In this document: positions 50,066 to 63,300 of the stretch, one piece after another
How positions within the stretch are numbered: the first letter of the stretch is position 1
Layout of the letters: the number at the start of each line of letters is the position of its first letter
NCBI GenBank assembly: GCA_950097015.1
Contig: CATNEN010000003.1
Location: 15,376,001-15,440,000 of the forward strand
DNA length: 64,000 nucleotides
Direction: 5' to 3'
From: Macrostomum hystrix
Lineage: Eukaryota > Animalia > Platyhelminthes
Notes under the pieces: model-generated
The model's database searches: none
What the model saw: only the letters and a program-made list of their open reading frames with translations
Told to the model about the DNA's origin: nothing
Program-made: the position numbers and the translations under genes

Positions 50066-51392
50066 ACTACATCATCTACTGAATCATTACGATCATTCCC
50101 AAATAGTATGATTGGTCATTACCCAAATTCTTAAATATTATTGATCTCAAACTATTCTCTATATCTCTGCATATTTCTGGTGACTTTGCAATTTCTTAAA
50201 CCGTACATATTTCTGAAGTGTGTATTCTCTCTGTACAGTCAAGCTCAGTGATTAGTATATTTTTGTCAATCATATTATGTTTACGTAGACATTTTTTACT
50301 TGAACTGTTTGACTAGGAGTCTCAACTAAATGATTTGTTTTAGCGTTGCAATTCTGATAAGCACTAATTTTGTCTAAAAAAGCATCAGTTCGAGTTGCTT
50401 TGAAAATTCATTTAAACTACTACTACCAATAGGCAACAGAGCAACATAAAAATTGCGCAACCTAGTATTTTTGCATTTTTCAATGAAATCTACTGCAGAG
50501 AAATTTAAAAGAAATATTTTAAAAGTTTGTTTCTTTTTCTAAGACTTTCTTTATAATCATCGTCAGGTTAGTTTGTTCTTTCTGAAGCCCTTATTTTTCA
50601 TGTTGACTAAAGGCTGAAATACAGTTTTTCACTTGAAATATGAACTGCACCAATGATTGCGTTTTTAAATTTATAACTGCCTGAATTTTATCAAATACAC
50701 AAATAAGCATGCTTTAAAACAAAAAAGTAACTTTTATTTTTTGACGAAACAATTAAGCCTGCGCTTGCGAAGTTTACAAAACAAATAACCCATACAAATA
50801 ACAAATACGAACAGTCAAAGCATGATTTGTAAACTTGTAAATACAATTAAATATCGAAATTCATTACTACTATAAGTATTACCGATAGGCAAGAGCTAAT
50901 TTCAGGAATTACCACGCAAACATGATAAGGAAATCCACTTTATGTCTGATTGGTTGGAACGGTCACGCGCCACTAGTTAGAACGTGGTTTTTCCGTTCAA
51001 TGTTTCTAAAAATAGACAACTTCTAACCATTTTCGGCCAATCAGATTTTGAATTGAATTTCCTCGAGAAAGCCAATTTTAGCATCGATAGAAGAATATCA
51101 GGTTTTTGTGTGTAACATTTATGGAAAAGAAATTGTGCACCGCGATTGCGTACAAATTTGCAAGTTACTGTGCAGCTAAACAATATTAGTTTGCACTTTT
51201 ATTACGTCAGATAAATACAAAAAATATCAACCTTCAAGATACCAGTAATTTTTTAACTGGATTGATAAAATACAGATAACAGTAAATTTTCGAGCTAGCA
51301 ACTGTATGATGAGTGACAATGAGAAGCAAACTACAGTGCTTGTGCGCGTGCGGCTTGTGTTGGCATGGCAACGGGGCAGCGGTCTGCTGATA

Positions 51393-54300
51393 TTAGCTGA
51401 GCACAAAATTTGGCGGAGTTAAACAATACACCTGGAAAGAGGAAATAAAAAAATGATTAATCGAAAATCATCATCTGTTGACAATAAAACCGATACGCAG
51501 TTTTATTGATTCGCTCACCAAATCAGTGGGCCGTATGATCACACTGTCCTGCGGCAAAGTCATAACAAACCGATGATTCTTGGTGTCTTCGCCGCCTGAT
51601 TCGATTTGCAATCTCGATAAGCCGATGCACACTGTCTCGAGCTGGCTTAGCACAGCCAGAGAGAACTCCTTCCAGCTGATTGGATGCTGAATGTTAACAA
51701 TTCTAAATTTAGTCATCTATATTCATACCCCAATACATATAAAAAAACAATTTTGTGGACCTGAAGTTCAGATAGTTCAATGTGGGGTTCCCGAATACGT
51801 CTCTAAAAATAGCGACAGATAGGAAAGGACGACCCTGCAGGGAATCCCTCCATCATTTTCATTCGCTATTGCCTTAGAAATGCTGCTATTGGCCCAGAGC
51901 TGTCACGTGATAGCTTTCTCGATCTGAAATTAGCAACAGATAAGAAAGAACGACCCTGTAGGGAATCCCTCCATCATTTTCATTCGCTATTGCCATAGAA
52001 GTGCTGCTATTGGCCCAGAGCTGTCACGTGATAGCTTTTCGTCAAACACTAAGCCCTTCGTCTACACTAACTTATAGCCTGCTTCGAGTTTAAAGGGCCT
52101 TAGATGTACACCAAAAAAGAAGTCAAGCGTTTTTACTAGTAACTAGTAAAATACTCACAGTCGACGAGAAGATTGACTGCAAAGGCGGTTCTGTCACACT
52201 GAGCAGTTCGATTCTGCTTCGGCGATGCATCACAGCCTTCGCAGGTGCTCTGGGATCGTCTGTGACCTCGTCTGAATACACATCGGACGGCATAAAGTGG
52301 AAGCCCTGTTCGTTCAGACCGATTTCGAAGTCCTCAGAGTCCACGGTTGTTACGATGGTTCGTAGAAAACCAAGCGAAGCTTGGTTGAAGTAGATCTGCA
52401 GTTTTGAAAGCAAAATTATTTGGCGCTTTTTTACATTTTTATTGTCGTCGTTTGACATCGAAGTTTGTCGTCCTTCTTGTCTCTCAATCTCACAGCAAAT
52501 TGGATTCAATTGCTACAGTTTTTTTATAGCTGTGAAATAGGTTCCATGGCAGATGGCAACTGGTGAGTGGCAGAGCGGTTTGAAGAGTTTGCCTCTAGCA
52601 CGAAGGTCCCTGAGCTCGATTCCGCGGCGAGGCCACATTCAGTTGGGGCGCAGCCGCGGAGGAAGTGCTTGGGGGCTTGTCGTGCAATTTACGCCCTTGA
52701 GGGCCAACCTCCAAGTCGCAGTGAGAGTGTACACTGCCTGACAATAAAAATCAGGGCAGATGTACACACCTGTGTGAGAGTGTGCCTGCGTACAGTATCA
52801 GTGTGCGTGTGTGCTCAGGAGTCAATGAAATGGGCAGAATTGCCTCCTCGCTGACTGCGGGTCTAGTATCACCAAATGATGTGCCATTGGCCGCAGCCCT
52901 CCTGCAATTATTATTATTCACCGTTGTCACTATAGAGCCTAACAGGCTGAGGAAGAAGGTTCTTCCAGTAGCGAAAGCTTGCGTCATGTAAGGCTCCTCC
53001 ACTTCAGCGTCGTCATCCTGATCCAGGTAAGCTATGGCATCCTCAGTCTTCAATTCGGTCAGGATGTGAATCGTGTCGCCGAGTTTTCGTTTAGTGATAG
53101 GATTTTTCATTGTCTTGATGTTCAGCGTGCACAAGATTGTCTCCCGATCCATCTGAGCGTCCGGTTCGAAGGGCGTGGACTTGGGCGACAGGATGATGCA
53201 GCTGTGACAGGACTCGATGTTCACAGCCTTCAGGTTAGCTCGGTTGAGCGGTGAGCCCTGCATGGAGTTTGTTTTTCTATTGTTGTTGTGTCTCTACACT
53301 TGACAAGGTTAAACAAAATATGTAAAAATTTGTACTACTTAGTAGGATGCAACGTACATGAAAATACTTTCTGAGTGACCCTTGGAGACTGTAATGGATG
53401 AGATACTGAGTGACCCTTGGAGACTGTAATGGATGAGATACTGAGTGACCCTTGGAGACTGTAATGGATGAGATACTGAGTGACCCTGGGAGACTGTAAT
53501 GGATGAGATACTGAGTGACCCTTGGAGACTGTAATGGATGAGATACTGAGTGACCCTGGGAGACTGTAATGGATGAGATACTGAGTGACCCTTGGAGACT
53601 GTAATGGATGAGATACTGAGTGATCCTGGGAGACTGTAATGGATGAGATACTGAGTGACCCTGGGAGACTGTAATGGATGAGATACTGAGTGATCCTGGG
53701 AGACTGTAATGGATGAGATACTGAGTGATCCTGGGAGACTGTAATGGATGAGATACTGAGTGACCCTGAGAGACTGTAATGGATGAGATACTGAGTGATC
53801 CTGGGAGACTGTAATGGATGAGATACTGAGTGATCCTGGGAGACTGTAATGGATGAGATACTGAGTGACCCTTGGAGACTGTAATGGATGAGATACTGAG
53901 TGACCCTTGGAGACTGTAATGGATGAGATACTGAGTGACCCTTGGAGACTGTAATGGATGAGATACTGAGTGACCCTTGGAGACTGTAATGGATGAGATA
54001 CTGAGTGATCCTGGGAGACTGTAATGGATGAGATACTGAGTGACCCTGGGAGACTGTAATGGATGAGATACTGAGTGACCCTGGGAGACTGTAATGGATG
54101 AGATACTGAGTGATCCTGGGAGACTGTAATGGATGAGATACTGAGTGACCCTGGGAGACTGTAATGGATGAGATACTGAGTGATCCTGGGAGACTGTAAT
54201 GGATGAGATACTGAGTGACCCTGGGAGACTGTAATGGATGAGATACTGAGTGATCCTGGGAGACTGTAATGGATGAGATACTGAGTGACCCTGGGAGACT

Positions 54301-57300
54301 GTAATGGATGAGATACTGAGTGATCCTGGGAGACTGTAATGGATGAGATACTGAGTGACCCTGGGAGACTGTAATGGATGAGATACTGAGTGATCCTGGG
54401 AGACTGTAATGGATGAGATACTGAGTGATCCTGGGAGACTGTAATGGATGAGATACTGAGTGACCCTGGGAGACTGTAATGGATGAGATACTGAGTGACC
54501 CTTGGAGACTGTAATGGATGAGATACTGAGTGACCCTTGGAGACTGTAATGGATGAGATACTGAGTGACCCTTGGAGACTGTAATGGATGAGATACTGAG
54601 TGACCCTTGGAGACTGTAATGGATGAGATACTGAGTGACCCTTGGAGACTGTAATGGATGAGATACTGAGTGACCCTTGGAGACTGTAATGGATGAGATA
54701 CTGAGTGACCCTTGGAGACTGTAATGGATGAGATACTGAGTGACCCTGGGAGACTGTAATGGATGAGATACTGAGTGACCCTTGGAGACTGTAATGGATG
54801 AGATACTGAGTGACCCTGGGAGACTGCAATGGATGAGATACTGAGTGACCCTGGGAGACTGCAATGGATGAGATACTGAGTGACCCTTGGAGACTGTAGT
54901 GGATGAGATACTGAGTGACCCTTGGAGACTGTAATGGATGAGATACTGAGTGACCCTTGGAGACTGTAATGGATGAGATACTGAGTGACCCTTGGAGACT
55001 GTAATGGATGAGATACTGAGTGACCCTTGGAGACTGTAATGGATGAGATACTGAGTGACCCTTGGAGACTGTAATGGATGAGATACTGAGTGACCCTTGG
55101 AGACTGTAGTGGATGAGATACTGAGTGACCCTGGGAGACTGTAATGGATGAGATACTGAGTGACCCTGGGAGACTCTAATTGACTGAATGCTGTGCTAAC
55201 AGTTTGATAAGTTAAAATTGATAGGAAAATCAAGAACCTAATCACTTACATCCAGTACATAGATCCTGGGAAAGTTCTGAATAATTGACCATTCGTTGCG
55301 AATGACGTCGATAGAGCCAATGAACACAATGTCCTTGAGTTGAGCAGCCAGAATGCTGCTAGCCCGTAGTGGCATGACAAACGTTGTGAGATTCAAACAA
55401 ACCTTGCGGCTTTTCTCCATGACGCAGACCACAATGTGTCCATGAAATTTGTACTGAGTATTGGGCTGCAGCACGGACTCATCCATCGAATGATTCGGCA
55501 CCCAGTGAAAATAGCCGCTAGAGTCTAGCAGAAGTCTATCAGCGCCTCCATCGACGCTGTCAGGCTGGGAGACTGGATGCCTTGACGAAATGACGAAACA
55601 ATGCGATGGCTTTAATAGTGTCTCATAAAGATCTGAAATACTCAAGAAAAATGACAAGCCAGTTGCCAAGCTTGGTAGAAAATATAGTAGCAATCTCATA
55701 AATAATTAGTCATCTGAACGTAAAGCTCTGCTTTCTAGGAAATGTGCGAAACTAGAAATCTTTCTGAGTTAGTTTTCGTGCAATAATTTCAACAATTGGC
55801 AATTCAAGATGATCTCGTGAAAAAAATCATTCATTAGAAAGTGCATTTAGAAAGATTTTAACGTATTTTGTTTTTATCTTACTCGTCAGGAGCTTTTTAT
55901 CACTGATTGTACTTTTAAGAGGCTTCAAACAATGCTACACTCGTAAAGGTCTATCGATGCTTCTGTTCGTTGCCTCCTTCAACGGTCACTCAGTGTTCCA
56001 TCCACTACAGTCTCCAAGGGTCACTCAGTATCTCATCCATTGCAGTCACCAAGGGTCACTCAGTATCTCATCCATTACAGTCTCCAAGGGTCACTCAGTA
56101 TCTCATCCACTACAGTCTCCAAGGGTCACTCAGTATCTCATCCACTACAGTCTCCCAGGGTCACTCAGTATCTCATCCATTACAGTCACCAAGGGTCACT
56201 CAGTATCTCATCCACTACAGTCTCCAAGGGTCACTCAGTATCTCATCCATTACAGTCTCCAAGGGTCACTCAGTATTCCATCCATTGCAGTCTCCCAGGG
56301 TCACTCAGTATCTCATCCATTACAGTCACCAAGGGTCACTCAGTATCTCATCCATTACAGTCACCAAGGGTCACTCAGTATCTCATCCATTACAGTCTCC
56401 AAGGGTCACTCAGTATCTCATCCATTACAGTCTCCAAGGGTCACTCAGTATCTCATCCATTACAGTCTCCCAGGGTCACTCAGTATCTCATCCATTACAG
56501 TCTCCCAGGGTCACTCAGTATCTCATCCATTACAGTCTCCAAGGGTCACTCAGTATCTCATCCATTACAGTCTCCAAGGGTCACTCAGAATCTCATCCAT
56601 TACAGTCTCCCAGGGTCACTCAGTATCTCAACCATTACAGTCTGCAAGGGTCACTCAGTATCTCATCCATTACAGTCTCCAAGGATCACTCAGAATCTCA
56701 TCCATTACAGTCTCCCAGGGTCACTCAGTATCTCATCCATTACAGTCTCCCAGGGTCACTCAGTATCTCATCCATTACAGTCTCCAAGGGTCACTCAGTA
56801 TCTCATCCATTACAGTCTCCAAGGGTCACTCAGTATCTCATCCATTACAGTCTCCCAGGGTCACTCAGTATCTCATCCATTACAGTCTCCAAGGGTCACT
56901 CAGAATCTCATCCATTACAGTCTCCCAGGGTCACTCAGTATCTCATCCATTACAGTCACCAAGGGTCACTCAGTATCTCATCCATTACAGTCACCAAGGG
57001 TCACTCAGTATCTCATCCATTACAGTCTCCAAGGGTCACTCAGAATCTCATCCATTACAGTCTCCCAGGGTCACTCAGTATCTCATCCATTACAGTCACC
57101 AAGGGTCACTCAGTATCTCATCCATTACAGTCACCAAGGGTCACTCAGTATCTCATCCATTACAGTCACCAAGGGTCACTCAGTATCTCATCCATTACAG
57201 TCTCCCAGGGTCACTCAGTATCTCATCCATTACAGTCTCCCAGGGTCACTCAGTATCTCATCCATTACAGTCACCAAGGGTCACTCAGTATCTCATCCAT

Positions 57301-60300
57301 TACAGTCACCAAGGGTCACTCAGTATCTCATCCATTACAGTCACCAAGGGTCACTCAGTATCTCATCCATTACAGTCTCCAAGGGTCACTCAGTATCTCA
57401 TCCATTACAGTCACCAAGGGTCACTCAGTATCTCATCCATTACAGTCTCCAAGGGTCACTCAGTATCTCATCCATTACAGTCTCCCAGGGTCACTCAGTA
57501 TCTCATCCATTACAGTCACCAAGGGTCACTCAGTATCTCATCCATTACAGTCACCAAGGGTCACTCAGTATCTCATCCATTACAGTCTCCAAGGGTCACT
57601 CAGTATCTCATCCATTACAGTCACCAAGGGTCACTCAGTATCTCATCCATTACAGTCACCAAGGGTCACTCAGTATCTCATCCATTACAGTCACCAAGGG
57701 TCACTCAGTATCTCATCCATTACAGTCACCAAGGGTCACTCAGTATCTCATCCATTACAGTCTCCAAGGGTCACTCAGTATCTCATCCATTACAGTCTCC
57801 CAGGGTCACTCAGTATCTCATCCATTACAGTCTCCAAGGGTCACTCAGTATCTCATCCATTACAGTCTCCAAGGGTCACTCAGTATCTCATCCATTACAG
57901 TCTCCAAGGGTCACTCAGTATCTCATCCATTACAGTCACCAAGGGTCACTCAGTATCTCATCCATTACAGTCTCCAAGGGTCACTCAGTATCTCATCCAT
58001 TACAGTCTCCCAGGGTCACTCAGTATCTCATCCATTACAGTCACCAAGGGTCACTCAGTATCTCATCCATTACAGTCTCCAAGGGTCACTCAGTATCTCA
58101 TCTATTACAGTCTCCAAGGGTCACTCAGTATCTCAACCATTACAGTCTCCAAGGGTCACTCAGTATCTCATCCATTACAGTCTCCAAGGGTCACTTCCCA
58201 ATTCTAACTTCAAAAAAACTGTTTAGTTTTTTAATAGTGAATGTTTGCTAACTTGGAATATAAGCGAGTGAAGTTAAAAAAAGAATTGGAATTAGGGTCT
58301 CGTGAACATAAATATTTGTAACCTACATCCTTTTATATTACTTACTGTTCACAGTCGCCATCCACAATGAACTCATGCTCAATTAGCGACTGACTGAATC
58401 AATGTCGAAGAGGTTATAAATCAAGTTGAAATACGAGCAAGCACCGTGTTTTTTATATCGCTAATGTAATTTTGTTTCAATAAGTAGTTAAATTACCTTT
58501 GCTTTTGTCCCTGACTATTTCTGTAGTCAATGCTAGAATCGAGTTTCACTGAAAATGTTGAGGGGGAAACTGTCGAATTTAGAAGTTCATTTGTTGAAAT
58601 CTAATTACGTCAAATTGAAGTTCAGTTAATTAATAAAACTCATTAGACGCTATTGCAGGTTAATGATTGTTTAAAAAATCAAACAGATTTTGGATTGGTG
58701 TGGGGTTGGTGTCAACTATACTCAATAGCGCACTATACCTGAACTCACCCTCACCAACCGCCTTTGGCACCTGATCCTCTGAGCTAAGCACAATGTTATT
58801 TAGCCTGACACAGCTAAACTCGTCTTCATCAGTTGGGTCAACTCGATGCCCGTGACTGCAGCAGCAGCAGCAGCAGCAGCTCAGGCCGCATCTGTGGCTT
58901 GAACTTTGACCAGCCAAATAGCTAGAAAGTCTGCGCAGTTAGTTAATAGTGCATTGTTATGTGACAATCTGCAGTCAGTGCGCTCATGAGTTTGTTCTTG
59001 TGAGCTCAAATAAACACAAACTCGAAATGCGAGTAAGCTAATTAACGAGACAGCGATTCAGGGATTGCAGTGAGATGAGACATTGTGGGATTTAGGTATT
59101 GCAGTCAGATGAGACATTGTGGGATTTAGGGATTGCAGATCGATGAGACATTGTGGGATTTGGGGTTTCAGGTTGATGAGACATTGTGGGATTTGGGGTT
59201 TCAGGTTGATGAGACATTGTGGGATTTGGGGTTTCAGGTTGATGAGACATTGTGTGATTTGGGGTTTCAGGTTGATGAGACATTGTGGGATTTGGGGATT
59301 GCAGTCAGATGAGACATTGTGGGATTTGGGGATTGCAGTGAGATGAGACATTGTGGGATTTGGGGATTTCAGATCGATAAGACATTTTGGGATTTGGGGA
59401 TTTCAGATCGATAAGACATTTTGGGATTTAGGGATTGCAGTCAGATGAGACATTGTGGGATTTAGGGATTGCAGATCGATGAGACATTGTGGGATTTGGG
59501 GATTTCAGGTTGAGGAGACATTGTGTGATTTGGGGATTGCAGTGAGATGAGACATTGTGAGAATTAGGGATTGCAAATCGATGAGACATTGTGGGATTTG
59601 GAGATTGCAGGTGGATGAGGCACTGTGGGATTTGGGGATTTCAGATCGATGAGACATTTTGGGATTTGGGGATTTCAGATCGATAAGACATTTTGGGATT
59701 TAGGGATTGCAGGTGGATGAGACTTATGGGATTTAGGGATTGCAGGTGGATGAGACTTATGGGATTTAGGGATTGCAGGTGGATGAGACATTGTGTGATT
59801 AATGGATCACAGATCAGTCAGAACCAGTTTTAGCGTAGTTTAGTTAATGTAATTTCGGTTAAAACGAATGACAAATTCTGTTATAAGTCGCTGGAACGCT
59901 CAATCAGCAATTCTTAGTGCCCAAGTTATTGAATATAAAATTTAATTTAACGTAAGTGATCCCAAATTCTGTAACTTACGCGAGTTACTTGATACACTGG
60001 CATAGTTTGAGAGGCTAGAAATGAATAATAAATTTGTCTATTCGTTTTTAAAATCCTTACTAAATAAGTAGTACAGTAGCATGCAGAATCCTTCCACAAT
60101 GCACTAACCGTCTAGCTTCGCGTTCATCCTTGGCTATGACAAAGGCTTGCATCTTGTCCGTATCGATCCTCAGTCCGCTGCCCGGATTAATGATAGTCCG
60201 CTTCTGATTGCAGCCGCCCTCCTCTACCGCTAGTAGCACAATGCCCAGTCTGTCTGAGCACACCTCGGCCGCCTTGAGGAAGTTCAGGCCGTGAAAATTG

Positions 60301-63300
60301 GCCGAGAACGGGACCTGGCAGTTGGTAAGTTGTATATTTAGCATGCTGTCGTTAATAGTTAGCAGTTTGGGGTTCTAGCCTAGTGGTTAGAGCGTCGGAC
60401 TCATGACTTGAAGGTCGGGGGTTCGTTTCCCGACTCCACCGGAACAATTTGTAATGGTTAATGTGGCAAGCCTTCTCTCCGCGGCTGCGCACTGAAAGTG
60501 TACTTCTCATTTACTTCTCCCCTCTGTCTGTGTTTGTTTACGCTCGCGCGCCCTCGTATTGTACTTTCTCCTCTCTCCTATCTATCTGATTAAGTTCTTA
60601 GCTAACCCTCACTTGTCTTTCCTTTTCCTCGTCTCTGATTGGCTAACTGCTCGTCTCTCACCCCTCCTTTACAGCTGTTTACCCTCTGGCCCATCTTCAC
60701 TCGTGTTACCCTTTCGGCCCCCCCTTATCTTTTAGTTAACAGTAGGACTGCAAAGCCATTTTGCCGACCGTTTTTATGCCAAGGAGAGGCCTGAAAAAAT
60801 GTTTGGCAGCGCCCGAATGCTAACAGCGTTGGTTGGTGACTGATTGGTTGACAGACTAGGCGATGGTGTCCTGTGGTTGAGCTGCACCTAATATTTAGGC
60901 TTGATCAGTCAAATTGGAGAAATTCGCGTCTATGGCCACTATGCGTGTCCACCTGTTGTAGCCATTGAAGGTCTTGCAGTCTGTCTAGTTAAAGGTAAGT
61001 GACCACCGAAAACGGAGATGATGCAGGCACATTCGTGTGACATGCTAATCAATTTTGAAGGCCTGGCAAGACCGCACTGAGTGTATGAAATACACTAGAG
61101 CTTTACGGGAAAAATACGACCTTCGGCCTGAACCATTGAATATCTCGACGGTCTGAAGAGCTGGCGACTTGATTATTGTTTCAGAAGATGCGCAACAAAA
61201 AGTTGGCCGGTGTTCTTGAGTTTCGTGTGCTTGCGTTGCTCCGCTCGGGTGGAGCACAAAGTTGTCAGGATGGATTCTCCCTCTTGGGGAATATATTTAA
61301 TTATTGGCTTAAATACGAGTAGGGCTTCTGACTGCCGCTTTTCGATTCATGTGTGCAGTGCCGGAAACGCTGAATCAATTTATTTTAAGAAGTCCCTGCA
61401 CAAATTTTTCGACGAAGAATATAATATTCGGCATCGTTAGTTTGTACAAACCTTATAGAACTCGAAATCCACACCGTTGAGGTAGGCTGCCTCCCAGGAG
61501 AAGGTCGGGAAGCGGCTAATGTTGCATGATCTCAGCATGAGCAAATTGCACAGCAGGGTTGAAAGGCCGGGAACAAGGCAGCTCTGGGCCAGGATGCCGT
61601 ACTTGATCTCGTTGATACAAATTGCCTGCAGGGGTCCAGCAAATGATTGCGATTATTTACACTCGTAACACAGATGCTGCTGTTACTGGAAAAGCCAGTT
61701 AGTTAAAGATTGTTTGATTTTATTGAAATTAATAAAGTTAATGAATGGAATTTTATAAGCAAGAAAAATAAAATTGACGCTATAAGTGGCTGACAGTGAG
61801 AAAATAGAGGGTGTAAAACCATAGGGCTGATGTAAGCTGTAATTGGTGGAGCTCTCGCGGCGCCCAAAGGGGTTGGCAGGCGATCGATAAATAACAGGGG
61901 TGTGTGAGAGATACAATTCAGACTACTGACAACAGTAGAAAAGAAAAGACTTGGTTGCAAAACTCTCACATAACACTAAAAATATCGCCATAAAAAATGG
62001 CAAGCTTAAGAGACTTCTCTGTGCACACTAAGAGTGGTGGGAGAGGACGGCATGTGGCTATGGCTGACTGACGAAGGCAAACAAGCCAAAAACCGGTCTC
62101 GGTCTGCCAGCGCGATGTTCGTTCCCCACTTTTAGTGTGTTACAGGGTGGGACGCGACACATACAAGGCGGGGGCAGGAAAACCGGTAAGCGGCGGTTGG
62201 GTGGAGGAGAAGAGAGGAGGGGTTGCTAGTAAGGCGATCGATAACTAAAAGGGGGCTAAAAATAAACAAGTTTGAAAGGTGACTCATAAGGAGAGTGTAA
62301 AACCTATGGAGCTGACACCGTAAACGGCACTGGGTGCAGCGAAAAGTCGAGAGTTAGATGGATAGGCAATCGATAAATAAAGGGGGTTGAAAATAATCTA
62401 GGGGCGGGTGTAAGTGGGGTTACCGAAACTGATCGATAATTTTTTAGTTAATGTTAAATTAAGAAGAGTTTTTAATGATAAATAAAAAAACTGTTTTAGA
62501 AAATTACTTTACGAACATCATAAGCTAGCAAAAATGAGTAAACCTGATCTCCATGAGTTGGGCTCCAATCCGGAATATTTCTTAGATAGGTCTTGCTGCG
62601 ATAAAGCTGCAGTTGAACCAGCACCTGTACATCCGGGCAGAAGTCTTTCACGGCGATCACCCGCATGATGTTCTTCATGTCTTCGTCCTCTTCGTTGCGC
62701 ACCTGGGGATCAGCGATTACGATGACCGCGGAGGCCTCTTTAACGCAGGCCCGTTGTAGATCTCTCACACACATGACACTGCCCTGCAGGTAGGTCACAT
62801 AGAGTTCTCGAGTTTTAATCAGGGCCTTCAACTCGAGGTCTGGCTCGTCTCTGCAAAAAAGATTTTGTTTTACTAAATCAAATACCGGAATTCTGTATAT
62901 ATAGCGCAATACGAGTGAAACGTATTTTCACTCACACGCCGAGCATAGCAACGTATTCTCGATCGTCTGAAGCTCGCTCAGCGTGAAAGAAGTCGTTAAA
63001 GAATGTCTTCATCATCTGGCAGGTGAAACGGCCGACAACTACCACGTGTCTGGAATCAGGATCACTTTCATAGAAAAGTGCATAATAATCATAACGATTG
63101 CAGGAGGGCTGCGGGCTGTGAGCACAAACGCACACAGATACTGTAAGCAGTCATATGCTCACACAGGTGTGTACATCTGCCCTGGCTTTCTCATTGTCAG
63201 GCATTGTACACCCTCACTGTGCCTTTGAGGTTGGTCTTCAAGGGCGTCAATTGCACGACAAGCCCCCAAGCCTTCCCTCAGCTGCTGCATTCCAAATGAA

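Noticed and set aside
53335-58251. Long ORFs (496-764 aa) in the 35-bp arrays, and similar ORFs at 22969-24873, 26031-27500, 34198-35007 and 47726-48859
   Set aside because: Artefacts of stop-free tandem repeats inside introns.
60369-60440. Functional tRNA-Met
   Set aside because: Acceptor, anticodon and T stems fail to pair in the standard register.
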